A DNA stretch of 64,000 bases from Octopus sinensis (lineage: Eukaryota): assembly GCF_006345805.1 (NCBI RefSeq), contig NC_043009.1:43276001-43340000 (forward strand), written 5' to 3'. Position numbers and translations under genes: made by a program. The notes under the pieces are model-generated. The model was given only the letters and a program-made list of their open reading frames with translations, did no database searches and had not been told where the DNA came from. Positions 13,298 through 26,268 of the stretch are shown one piece after another. Position 1 is the first letter of the stretch. Each line of letters starts with the position of its first letter.

Positions 13298-13685
13298 ATC
13301 ATCATCATCATCATCATTGTTTAACATCTGTTTTCCATGCTAGCAAGGGTTGGATGGTTTGACTGAGGACCTGGGAAGCCAGGAGGCTGCACCAGGCTCC
13401 AGTCTGATCTGGAAGTGTTTCTACAGCTGGATGCCCTTCCTAACGCCAACCACTCCGTGGGTGCTTTTTACATGCCACTGGCTCAGATGCCAAAGGAAGC
13501 TGGCAGCAGCCATGATCGGTTGGTACTTTTTATGTGCCACCGGTACGGAAACCAATCAAGGCAGCGATGGGCTTCAGCCACATTCAGATGGTGCTTTTTA
13601 CGTGCCACCAGCACAGGTATCACAACTACAATTTCCATTTGATATTTATTTTGATGTTGATGTACTTGACTTAATAGGTCTCCTA
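13298..13685 (-). mobile_element. RTE 3'UTR/tail fragment
   Basis: (CAT)n then gctggatgcccttcctaacgcc and repeated ggtgctttttacgtgccacc motifs; reverse-complement homologous to 29400-29933. Confidence 0.75.
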
Positions 13686-14412
13686 AATCAATATTGATAT
13701 CAAATTTGACAGGTCAAAGAGCACATTTTTTTCACAGATCAGTATGTTGATCAGATCTTAGGAATAACGATCACACATTTCCAAATCAATGTCATTTATT
13801 CATTTTTTTAAAAATTTATTTATTTTAAGGCAGCCAGCTTCTGTATCATTAACATGCCCAACAAAATATTTTGCAACATTTTCTCTGGCTCTTTACGTTT
13901 TAAGTACAGATCAGGTCTAGGTCAACTTTGTCATTTATTCTTTCAAGGTTTAATAACCTAAAATTAAGTAATTTGGTTGATGTAACTGACTTGACCCTCA
14001 CCTCAAAATTGCTGGCCTTGTGCTAAATTAGAAATTTTACCTGTGAATCAAAATTATGTAATATTTCATGGTGAATTAAAAATATTATCATTGACAGAGC
14101 TTATGAAGGGCAATTGGCAGAATTTGTAGCACATCACACAAAGTACTTATTTATTCCAGTGTCTTGCGTTCTGAGTTCAAATCACTGTGATATCAATGTG
14201 ATAAACAAACTAGTAGTCAAGGGTGATGAGCTGGAAAAACCATCAGAGCATTAGTATTTGTTCTGGCCTCCTTGCATTCTGAGTTCAAATCCTGGCATGG
14301 CCTTCATTGAGTACCTTTATTTAACTCTACACTTGTAATGAAGCTGTTTCGAAGAATACACAGGTACACAGCAACATTCTAATACAAAGTATCTACTTCG
14401 ACATTTTGTGTA

Positions 14413-14735
14413 AAGGTGCATGGCTCAGTGGATAGAGAATCAGGCTCACAATATAGAGGTAGTGAATTCGATTCCCAGACTGGGCTGTGTATTGTGTTCT
14501 TGAGCAAGACACTTTATTTCATGCTGCTCCTGTTCACTCAGCTGTAGAAATTAGTTGCGACATCACTGGTGCCAAACTGTATCAGTGTTTGTCTTTCTTT
14601 TGGATAACATCGGTGCCATGGCGAGGGGAGATTGGCATGCATGGGCAACTGCTGGTCTTCCATAAACAACCTTGCCTGGACTTGTACCTCAGAGGGGAAC
14701 TTTCTAGGTTCCCCTCTGAAGGGGGTCTTTACCCA
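14413..14735 (+). mobile_element. tRNA-derived SINE, family C
   Basis: Head tggctcagtggatagag...gaattcgattccc; central ttgagcaagacactttatttca...cactcagctgtagaaat; second copy at 17521-17783. Confidence 0.75.
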
Positions 14736-14992
14736 TTATCCTTTACTTTGACATTTTGTATAAACATGTGAATTGACAGGTTTGATCCATCACCTAGAAT
14801 ATTTTAAAAATTCTTTTAAAATCGTCAAACAGGGTTCATTTGACTTTTTGGAGACCTATTAAGGTTTAGTTATTAAAATTATGTGCAATAAAATTGGTTA
14901 TATATCTACAGTACACAAAATATTTCAATGATTTTTTATACAGTTCTTAATAATATTCAGTTAAAATATATAACAAGATTTTATTTGAATAG

Positions 14993-15410
14993 GCACAGGA
15001 GTGGCTGAGTGGTAAGAAGCTTGCTTCCCAATCACATGGTTTTGGGCTCAGTTCCACAGCGTGACACTTTGGGTAAGTGTCTTCTACTATAGCCTCAGGC
15101 TGACCAATGCCTTCTGAGTGGATTTGGTAGACAGAAACTGAAAGAAGCCTGTCATATATATATATATATATATTTGTGTGTGTGTGTGTGTCTGTGTGTC
15201 TGTGTATTCATCCCACCCATCACTGCTTGACAACCAATGTTGGTGTGTTTATGTCCCAATAACTTAGAGGTTCAGCAAAAGTGGCCAATAGGATAAGTAC
15301 CAGGCTTAAAAAATAAGTATTGGGGTCGATTCTTTCCACTAAAAATTTAAGGAAGTGCCCCAGCATGGCCGCAGTCTAATGACTGAAACAGATAAATGAT
15401 AAAAGATAAA
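14993..15410 (+). mobile_element. SINE family A
   Basis: Full head-microsatellite-tail layout homologous to 2649-3048. Confidence 0.82.
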
Positions 15411-16884
15411 CATTCAATGGCTATAAGGGTCCAATAGAGTAAAATAGGAATTAAGGGGTTCCATATGCAAAAAATGGTCGAGAACCACTGGTCTAGACAA
15501 AAAGGTAGAACTTATGACCATTGCAGGACCCTAACCCTGCAAGACCAGTAAATTTGATTCTCTTAACGTTCTGTTTAAACATTTGCAGGTCAATATCTGC
15601 AGAAAAGACCTGAACACGAAAAAATTTCCCAAGGGATCACTGCTCTGGGGGGAAAAAGACTAGGTATAGCAGTTAGTGCAGGGCTGGGAGGGGATGGCTG
15701 ATGCAACAAGAGTGATGAGAGGTGATGAGAGAAGAAAGGGTCAGGGTGCTTGGGTGATGGATGTATGAGACCAGTTAGCTCTAAGGAAAATAGTCTAAGA
15801 ACACAACTGTCTCACCCCTTGGAGTTGGCCCTTAGTATAAAGTCCTCTCTGGTGTAAGCATCTGGAAAAGGTCTGCACTATGAGGAATCATCACTGTACA
15901 TTCCGCCATCTCAAGTCCTCCTTTCAGTCTTTAGAGACCCCTAGAACATAAGTCATAGGTAAAATATAGGCTTCTTTAACAAAGCTACAGACAAAAAAAT
16001 CTATAAATTTGTTGAACTATTCAACCCATATTAACATAAAAAAGATTTTCAAAAAAATATCCAACATAATAATAACAACAGCAATAACAAAAATAAACAT
16101 TTAATTAATATGCTAAAGGATAGAGAAGGATAGTTGACAAATATTTGTGTGTCTTAGATAATTTTAATTATAGCTGCCGGTCACAATATGTGTATTAAAA
16201 TAAAAAAAATTTTAAAAAAATAAATAAATACATAACTAGAGAAAAATTAAACTAACAAAAAAATATTAAATAAATTCCAAAAATTAGATTGAATCTTTAG
16301 ATAGAAGAAGAAAATGAAATAAAAAAAAAATTATTTATCTAGCATATTTTCTAATTACTGAAGAATTTTTAGAGTATAATGAAGAATATGAAAATTCAAA
16401 GAAGCAACAGTGTTTTGATAGACTCTATATGACACAAGATGTAACAGCATTTAATGCATAAAAGGTCTTTTGTTTGATAGAGTTTCATTTAATTAATATA
16501 AAACAACAAAACAAACAAACAAACGAAATATACTAAAAATACACATGACGACAATCAAGGACAATCTGGGGGTTGTGTTGAATCTAGTTTTCTGTGATTT
16601 TCGTAAGGCAGATGTGAAGAAAATCATTGGAGTTTTCATTTTATTTTTTTATTTTTTTCTGTACTTTTTTGTTATTTGTTTGGTTGTTTATTTGTGAGAT
16701 TTTGTCGATTTTTTTTTTTTTTTTTTCATAATTGGTACGTCTGGAACATTCCAACAAAGATACAAATCATTTTGCAAAGACACTGCTGAAGAACCAGTCT
16801 CTACTGTACAAATACACACATACATGTGTGTGTGTGTATATGTGCATGTATATATGTGTGTATGTGTATGTGTGTATATACATA

Positions 16885-17415
<531 letters not shown>

Positions 17416-17417
17416 CC

Positions 17418-17456
<39 letters not shown>

Positions 17457-17469
17457 GCATGCATACATA

Positions 17470-17520
<51 letters not shown>

Positions 17521-17521
<1 letters not shown>

Positions 17522-17783
17522 GTGAAGGTGTATGGCTCAGAGCTTGTGAGTTCAAATCCCCGACCAGGTTGTGTGTTGTGCTCTTGAGCAAGACACTTTA
17601 TTTCACATTGCTCCAGTTCACTCAGCTGTAGAAATGTAGAGTTGGACAACATCAGTGATGCAGAGTGAGAAGGCTGGTATGCATGGAAATTTCACAAACA
17701 ACCTTGCCCAGACTTATACCTCAGAGGAGAACTTTCTAGATGCAATTCCATAGTCATTCATGCCTGAAGGGGGTCTTTACGCT
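17521..17783 (+). mobile_element. SINE family C
   Basis: Homologous to 14413-14735. Confidence 0.72.
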
Positions 17784-17865
17784 TTTATATATGAATGTGT
17801 ATATCACCATTGGCATCAATTGACATTCTTGCTCTATGCTGGTATGGCTAGGACACACACACACA

Positions 17866-18110
<245 letters not shown>

Positions 18111-18271
18111 AGAGAGAGTGGTAGAGAGAGAAAAAGGAGGAGAGAGAGAGAAAGGAGAGAGAGAGAGAAAAAGGAGGAGAGAGAGAGAAAGGAGAGAGAG
18201 AGAGAAAAAGGAGAGAGAGACACACACACACACATGCACACATATACATATATATATGAACAAACATGCAC

Positions 18272-18328
<57 letters not shown>

Positions 18329-18329
18329 G

Positions 18330-18497
18330 AAGCATCCAGTGATTGTAGCAAGAGAATACATTACTGACTGGGCTTTGCACTTTGAGAATCTCAGAATTGA
18401 ATGGAGGAATTTATTTCTCAGAATGACCAAAAGAAACTTTGTTCATTTGTTCAAAGAAAAAAGATTAAATTTGGTTGGAACTGCTTTCGAGAATTAA
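18330..18497 (+). pseudogene. Possible decayed PIF/Harbinger transposase N-terminal fragment
   Basis: Translation [19 protein letters not shown] resembles the W..F-RM....F..L motif of Harbinger transposases; short and unverified. Confidence 0.25.
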
Positions 18498-18833
18498 AGA
18501 ATGACATCTTGTTTGCTGTAATGGAGCAAAACAAACTACAAAATAAAAAGAAATTTAAAGAAACAAGGAATAACCAAAAGTTGACAAAAATTGAACACAG
18601 AATGGTCTATAAAGAATGTATTTTAATTGTATATTGCTGTATGTATAAATAAATATTCTTTCTGGGAGAATACACACACACACACACACACACATACACA
18701 CACACACATGTGTGTATATATATATATATATGTGTATATATGTATATATATATATATATATGTATAAGATTTTTTTGCATAATAAGATAAAAAATCAAGG
18801 GTGTGTAGATATTAGAGCATTTATAGATAGAAG

Positions 18834-18885
18834 GTCTTACAGCTGTTTCTAGAATATTTATTAGTTATATCCCTTCATCAGAGAC
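18834..18885 (-). ncRNA. Minimal type-I hammerhead ribozyme motif (copy 1)
   Basis: gtct-CTGATGA-a-gggatat(9-nt loop)atattct-a-GAA-ACAGCTGT-A^agac: intact core, stem II, palindromic stem III, GUA triplet, 4-bp stem I. Confidence 0.72.
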
Positions 18886-18913
18886 GGTGTGAGAGGATGG
18901 TTAAGTCATGTTT

Positions 18914-19147
18914 AAGGCGGCGAGCTGGCAGAATCGTTAGCACGCCGGACGAAATGCGTAGCCGTATTTCGCCTGCCGTTACGTTCTGGGTTCAATTTCC
19001 GCCGAGGTCGACTTTGCCTTTCATCCTTTCGAGGTCGATTAAATTAAGTACCAGTTACGCACTGGGGTCGATGTAATCGACTTAATCCGTTTATCTGTCT
19101 TTGTTTGTTCCCCTCTGTGTTTAGCCCCTTGTGGGTAGTAAAGAAAA
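18914..19147 (+). mobile_element. tRNA-derived SINE, family B (Meta-domain-like core), Tx1-type tail
   Basis: Head ggcggcgagctggcagaatcgttagc...gttcaatttcc; core gcctttcatcctttcgaggtcgattaaattaagtaccag; tail agccccttgtgggtagtaaagaaa. Confidence 0.88.
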
Positions 19148-19233
19148 AAATATATATATATGTATAAGATTTTTTTGCGTAATAAGATAAAAAACCAAGG
19201 GTGTGTAGATATTAGAGCATTTATAGATAGAAG

Positions 19234-19285
19234 GTCTTACAGCTGTTTCTAGAATATTTATTAATTATATCCCTTCATCAGAGAC
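19234..19285 (-). ncRNA. Minimal type-I hammerhead ribozyme motif (copy 2)
   Basis: Identical to 18834-18885 except for one change in the stem II loop. Confidence 0.72.
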
Positions 19286-20388
19286 GGTGTGAGAGGATGG
19301 TTAAGTCATAGTATATATATATACTATATGTATTATATATATTAAGCCATATATATATATAGGTATAGCTGTGTGGTGAGATGTTAGCTTCCCAACCACA
19401 TAGTTTCAGGTTCAATGCCATTGCATGGCATTTTGTCTTCTACTATAAGCTCCGGCTGACCAAAGCCATGTGAGTAGATTTGGTATACAGGAACTGAGAA
19501 AGACACCGTATGTGTATATATTTTTTGACTCTTTTATTCTTTTTCTTGCTCCAATCATTTGACTGCAGCCATGCTGTAGCACCACCTTTACTCGAACAAA
19601 TCAACCCTGGTATTTATTCTTTGTAACTTATTCTATCATCTCTTTTGCCAAACTGCTAAGTTACAAGGATATAAACATACCAACATCAGTTGTCAATCAA
19701 TGGTGGGTGGGACAAATGCTTACACACAAACATATACATATATACATATATACATATATATATATATATATCCCATACAAGGTACAGGAAACATATATAT
19801 ATATATATATACATGACAGGCTTCTTTCAGTTTCCGTCTACCAAATCCACCCACAAGGTTTTGGTTGGCTTTCTCAAGGTATCATGTAGTGGGACTGAAC
19901 CTGAAACCGTGTGGTTGGGAGGTAAGCTTTTTACCACACAGCCACACCTGCACTTATATATGTGTTGGTGTGTTTACATCCCTATAAAAGTGGATGATAG
20001 AATAAGAGGATGAGCAAAAGAGGATGATAGAATATGTACCAGGCTTAAAACATAAGCATTGATGTCAATTTGCTCAACTAAAATTCTTCAAAGGAATGCT
20101 CCAGCATGACCACAGTCTAATGACTGAAATAATGCAATGTATGTGCTGTGTGTGTGTGTGATTGTGTGTGTATGTGTGTGTGTATGTGCATGTGTATGTG
20201 TATCTGTTTGCATTCATATACATATATATAGTTTTATATTCATTTATTCAAATAATTATTTATAAGTTTGTCTTCTTTTTTCTTTTTGTATTATATATAT
20301 GTGTAAGTTTGTGTATGTATTTGAATATATATGTATATATATATGTATGCACAGTCTATACACACACACAACACACACACACACACAC

Positions 20389-20425
<37 letters not shown>

Positions 20426-20878
20426 ACACATACATGATGGGCTCACATTACATATCACACAATTTTTATGTCAGCCTTAATGAATGATAGTTTGTCTTCA
20501 GTGTTTTATTTTCACGAAGAATTTAATAATGTTGCCATCCTAGAGAATCTCTACTTTTGACATTTACACAAACGGTGACTGTGTCTTTTACATTCCTTAT
20601 GTATCTCTTCATTCTCTAGAATATGTCTGCGGAAAAAGGTCAAGCAATGAGTGCGGCTGTGATGACAAATGGATGTAAGATGAAGAGTCAGGCAGTTTCA
20701 CTTCATTATACAAGATTCCTTGTGAAATATTTTAATTTTTCCCCTTCCTGGAAAGAGAAAAGCAGAAATAGAGAGGGAGAGAATGAGAGAGAAAGAGAGA
20801 CATTGGCATTGCAACAAAGAAGAACTATTATAATTAAGAACCATTTCAAATATTTAACCATTTAAATAATATATCATG

Positions 20879-20921
<43 letters not shown>

Positions 20922-21140
20922 TTATGTACTTTGATATATTCAACCGATGACGGCAAAGCTTATTTAAAGCAAAGCTAGAAATCCTAGATCTTGAATTATT
21001 CGATAATATTTTTTGCTAGTCTATTTTGTCCCTCTGTCTTATCTCATGGTACGATATGAACATTTAACGTGGTTTTTAGAGTCAGGTATTTGACTGCTAT
21101 TTCGGCATGGTGGTGTCTTTCAGACACCCTTATTTTTAGT

Positions 21141-21173
<33 letters not shown>

Positions 21174-21180
21174 TATACAT

Positions 21181-21326
21181 ACAGTTAATCCAAACAAGAA
21201 AACACAAAAAAACAAAAAATACAGCAACGCGAGGACGTGGAACAAATAGAGTATTATTGGACGCTCAGGAAAGAAGGGAGGAAGGAGGGTTTAACGTTTC
21301 GAGCGGAGCTCTTCATCGGAAACATA
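21181..21326 (-). mobile_element. Penelope-like terminal fragment with hammerhead-like motif at 21289-21323
   Basis: gttt-CCGATGA-a-gagc tcc gctc-GAAACGTT^aaac (U4C core variant); flanked by (TA)n on both sides. Confidence 0.6.
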
Positions 21327-21394
21327 TATATATATATATACATACATATACACACATATACATATATATTATTATGATTATTGTTCTTAATAAG

Positions 21395-21625
21395 GCAGTG
21401 AACTGGCAGAACTGTTAGCACACTGGACAAAATGTTTAGCTGTATTTTGTCCATCTTTACATTCTGAGTTCAAATTCCACTGAGATCGACTTTACTTTTC
21501 CTCCTTTAAGGGTAGATAAAAGGAGTACTTGTTGAGGATCAATGTAATGTTGAGCATCGATGTAAGCAACTAACTCCTTCCCCCAAAATATCCGGTCTTG
21601 TGCTTATAACAGAAAGGATTATTAT
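21395..21625 (+). mobile_element. SINE family B, alternative (ATT)n-type tail
   Basis: Head and core like 18914-19147; tail cttgtgcttataacagaaaggattattatt. Confidence 0.72.
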
Positions 21626-21639
21626 TATTATTATTATTA

Positions 21640-22900
21640 TCATTATACTCTCCTTCATTTTCTACAATGCTCTTACATCTATCTGGTAGACTTGCAAGAC
21701 CTCTCTTCCAAAATTCATTTATCCGTGATGAAAAATACTCCTCCAGTACTACTCTGACTTCATCTACAGAATTCATATTTTTTCCATCCAAATGATTTTG
21801 AAGACTGCAGAATAAATGATAATCAGATGGGACAATGTCCAGAGAATATGGTGGATGAGGTATTGTTTCCCATTCAAACTGCACCAGCCTTTAGAGTGTC
21901 GTCCTCACTGTATGTGGCCGAGCATTATCCTGATGGAAGAACACCTTTCATCTTGAAATCAAAGATGGCCGTTTTTCTTCTAGTGCTGACTTAAGCTGCT
22001 CAAACTGTTATCATTTGGTTTGGATTTAAAAGTTCACATCCCACCAAAGAAATGGCAAGTAGCTTGTTTACCAACCACATGGTTCCGGGTTCAGTCCCAC
22101 TGCGTGGCACCTTGGGCAAGTGTCTTCTACTATAGCCTCGGACCAACCAAAGCCTTGTGAGTGGATTTGGTAGACAGAAACTGAAAGAAGCCCGTCGTAT
22201 ATATGTATATATATATATGCGTGTGTGTGTTTGTGTGTCTGTGTTTGTCCCCCTAGCATTGCTTGACAACTGATGCTGGTGTGTTTATGTCCCCGTTACT
22301 TAGCGGTTCAGCAAAAGAGACTAATAGAATAAGTACTGGGCTTACAAAAAAATAAGTCCTGGGGTCGAGTTGCTCGATTAAAGGCGGTGCTCCAGCATGG
22401 CCGCAGTCAAATGACTGAAACAAGTAAAAGAGGTGGAGACCTTCTTTAGCCCATGGTTCCGGTGTTTCTTTTTTCCTTACCCAATGTTTTCAGCGCTTGG
22501 AATTTTTATAGAGAACCTATTTCTCATCACTAGTCATTATTCAGTCCAAGAAAGGTTCATTCGTGAGACGTGACAGCAAAAAAGAGCACATATTCACTCA
22601 CTGTACGTGATTAGACTCAGAAAGTTTGTGAGGAAACTATTGACCCAATTTTCTGACTTTTCCGGTAGCACACCAGTGTTCTTGAATGGTTTAACGACCA
22701 AATCCAAGTTCCTCTGCTAGTTCCTCAACAGTTACGATGGGGTTCTGTTCCACCAGAGTTAGCAAGACATCCTCATCGGGCTCTACAGATCTTCCAGGAT
22801 GAGGCTCATCTTCTAGGCTGTAGTTTCTGGCTTGGAATTTCTAATTCCAGCTCAACATATAGGGACCAGGAAAGTTTTTTGAGTCATGTTTTTGGGGAAA
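21640..22900 (-). mobile_element. Decayed mariner transposon interrupted by a SINE
   Basis: Minus-strand translation: LEDEPHPGRS...TVEELAEELG (HTH), IMTSDEK (D1), FFHQDNARPH (D2), HPPYSLDIVPSDYHLF (D3 region); many stops. Confidence 0.9.
22055..22432 (+). mobile_element. Young SINE family A nested in the mariner relic
   Basis: High similarity to 2649-3048; splits the transposase between D1 and D2. Confidence 0.88.
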
Positions 22901-23249
22901 AAAATGTCTCTTATACGCCATCAAAAGAGATATCACTATTTATACACTTTTTGCATATACCAGTTGTATGTCTAGCCATTTATATACCGTTTCCTTACAA
23001 GTAACTTCTATACTTTTATTTACGTTTTTCTTCTTTTTTTTGTTTTGTTGGTGTGTTAACAATTGCAATATGTTGTGATAAAGAGATTTAGATTAGATTG
23101 CATTCTTAAATAAATCTCATACATAGTTAAGATGGTAATATAGGGAGAAACATCAATAAAATGGTTGATATTTTTTTTTTACTCTAACCTTATAGCATTT
23201 AATCCAGCCATATCTAGCCCAAATATTCTACCTGTTTTCTATTAAAATT

Positions 23250-23690
23250 GAACTTGTAATCTAGAGAGAGTAACTACAGATTTCTCAATAGTTCAGCAAA
23301 GGAGTTTTTCACTGATCTTCATGTTAACATCCGCTGGGCAGCTAATTTCCACAATTGTACACAGTTTCTCTTCTCAATCCTAAATCATTATGTCAGGTCT
23401 CTTGTGCTTACATTTTAGTGAGGTCTTCACTGGGACATTCCAGCAGGACTCCTTTTTATTAAGAGTGGTTATATTGTGAGTTCTTATTTCTTTGTCCCCA
23501 GGGATATACTTCTGACAGTTTTCATTATAGAGTGTCCTATCTACAACATCATCTGTCATCAGTAGATAATAGTGTGATGATAATTTCAGACAACTGCTCA
23601 TGATGTGGGTGATATCTTTGATGTTAACTCTGCAAAGTCTACATCGGTTGTCACATTCTACTGCTTTTCCTGTATCTCTATCCCTTTTGT
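23250..23690 (-). mobile_element. Decayed RLE-type (R4/NeSL-like) non-LTR retrotransposon fragment
   Basis: CRLC...HIMSSC knuckle, then WNVPVKT...KRPDIMI restriction-like endonuclease motif; same family as 57792-58383. Confidence 0.8.
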
Positions 23691-23776
23691 GTATCAGGTA
23701 TTTTTGTTGATATTTCCTGTATGTGCATATATATGTATGTAAATACATATATATAAATAAATATGTATGCATGTAC

Positions 23777-23816
<40 letters not shown>

Positions 23817-24205
23817 GAATACATGTAAATATATATTTGTATGTATGTATGTAAATATATATATATGTATGTATATGAATGTGTGTGTGTGTGTGTGTGG
23901 TTGTGTGTGTATATATATATAGAGAGAGACAGACAGACAGACAGTGCCTTGACTACCTTTATTCTGGGAAATATTGGCTCCAGTGACTGATAATGCATGC
24001 AAGAATTACTTAACCATCCCTTTACCTTGTATATATTCTAATTCAGAGTTTCTGACCTGCAAGGCTTAAGGGCCTGGAGGTTGGAAACAGGAAGGACATC
24101 TGGCCATTAAAAATCTGCCTCAACAAACTTTAGTCTCAGCCATGGATGACTGGAGAAGCAAATGTTGAAACAATAATGACAATATATAAACACAGACACA
24201 TATAG

Positions 24206-24238
<33 letters not shown>

Positions 24239-24711
24239 CTCACACACACACATGCACACATGCACAAAAACTGTGGAGGAGATGTTGTTATGGTTTTAAA
24301 TGGCATTTTTTACATAGGGTGGAGTTAGATTTTTTTTCTTCAGATATTATTTTAATTTTAAGCCTGGCTGTTTGTGACTTTGAATCACTAAATCGCACAC
24401 ACAGATACACACACATTTACACATATATTTTGATGCATAGATACATACATACCTATATGCATACATGTGTGTGTGTGTGTGTGTGTGCATATATCAAGTC
24501 TTTGATGGTGACACAATTTCCAGTCCTTGTCTATCATACCAATAAAGATAATGCATAATCATTTTTTTAATTTCCTTTTTCCTTTTTTTTAATTCCATAA
24601 TTCTGTATTTATTTAATTTTTATCAAACTTACAAACCTGTAATTTGTACTGATTAAAAAACTTGATATTGCTGTGAAATCATAACAAACAGAAATTCTCC
24701 TAACACACACA

Positions 24712-24757
<46 letters not shown>

Positions 24758-24898
24758 ACACATGCACACACACACACACACATATCATAATATGTAATAT
24801 TTAATTAGGGATCCAATGACTAACACTTTGAACACAACAGCTAAACTAAATAAAAACAGGATTCTTTAGATATTTTATATTTCTGAAATTGTATTATG

Positions 24899-24900
24899 GC

Positions 24901-24954
<54 letters not shown>

Positions 24955-24983
24955 TGATGATGATGATAAAAATGATAATAATG

Positions 24984-25035
<52 letters not shown>
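24899..25035 (+). repeat. (TAA)n/(TGA)n microsatellite
   Basis: Direct reading. Confidence 0.95.
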
Positions 25036-25533
25036 GGCCAGACATCATATTGAAAGACTTCAGACAAAGAACATGCCTCCTCATTGATATGACTGTCCCA
25101 ATCGATATAAACGTATCTGTCAAGACCTACCAAAAACTGAGCAAATATAAAGATCTTGAAATAGAAATCAGCAAAATGTGGAAGCTGAAGACTAAAACAA
25201 TACCTGTTGTCATAGGTGCCCTGGGAATGATAGCAAAAGGGGCTGATTGCTACCTAACTCAGATACCAGGAAACCCCAAAATGGCAGAAATTCAAAAGAT
25301 AGTGCTCATGGGAACTGCTCATATCCTACGCAAAATACTTTCTATGTAATCTCAAGGTTTAAAACAAACATAATTTTCGGTTTTTTTTTAGACATTCACT
25401 AGTACAACACCAAAAAAATAAATATATGGCACACTAGGCATAACAACAACATGAACTTCCAGCCTGTTGTCTCTTGAGGTCTCTGGGTGAGACTTGGAGC
25501 CAACTTGTACAAATATAAAGCAAATGTCAAACA

Positions 25534-25535
<2 letters not shown>
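25034..25535 (+). mobile_element. 5'-truncated R4/Dong-like retrotransposon inserted in (TAA)n
   Basis: Uninterrupted RPDII...CLLIDMTVP...KLSKYKDL...IPVVIGALG...ILRKILSM* (PD-(D/E)xK endonuclease) plus 3'UTR; (TAA)n on both sides. Confidence 0.88.

Positions 25536-25599
<64 letters not shown>
25536..25599 (+). repeat. (TAA)n microsatellite
   Basis: Direct reading. Confidence 0.95.
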
Positions 25600-25673
25600 A
25601 ACTGGAAATGGAGGTGATGAAAGAAGAATGGGTCAAGGTGCTTGGATGATGGATGTATGAGACCAATTAGCTC

Positions 25674-26268
25674 TGCGCTGCCCAAGAACAAGCACTAAGA
25701 ACAAACTACATAAAATACAGAAAAGACAACACATCAGAAAGTGATAAGTGCAGAATCTGTGGACAAAACGGTGAAACCGTATGGCATATTACCAGCCAAT
25801 GTATGCCACTAGCCCAGGAGGAATATAAGAGACACCAGGCTTGTCCATTGGACACTGCAAGAAGTATGGACTTGACAGAGCAAAAAATTGGTACGACCAC
25901 TAACCTGAAGGCATTGTTGAAAATAGAAATGCAATGATCCTATGGGATTTTATGATGAGATTGAGAATAGAAAGCCAGGCATAGTCTTAATTGAGAAAGA
26001 AAACAAACTATGCTGCATCATCGTAGACATAGCATGCTCAACTGACAACAAGGTGTGCGATAAGGAAGAAAGAAAAGTCGAGAGATATGACTGGTTAGCT
26101 TGGGAAGTTAAGCAGTTGTGGTCAATGAAAAAGGTAGCAGTAGTACCAATAATTGTTGGAGCCCTGGGAACAGTGAGCAAAATTCTCGAGAAGTACGTTG
26201 AACAAAAAGGGGCTGAAAACAGCACTGCTTAGAACCACTCGAATACTCCGGAAGGTGCTCGAAAAATA
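25674..26268 (+). mobile_element. Second, older R4/Dong-like fragment
   Basis: AAQEQALRTNY...CRICG...WHITSQC knuckle and NRKPGIVLI...VVPIIVGALG endonuclease; frameshifted. Confidence 0.85.

Larger units (their letters stand above)
18751..19309. repeat. Direct repeat pair (149 bp unique + about 10 bp TA; 18761-18909 and 19161-19309) flanking a SINE
   Basis: Copies differ at 3 positions; offset exactly 400 bp. Confidence 0.95.

Noticed and set aside
16342-16440. Possible exon YFLITEEFLEYNEEYENSKKQQCFDRLYMTQD with AG/GT ends
   Set aside because: About 32 codons, weak donor (gtaaca), no recognisable domain; expected by chance in 64 kb.
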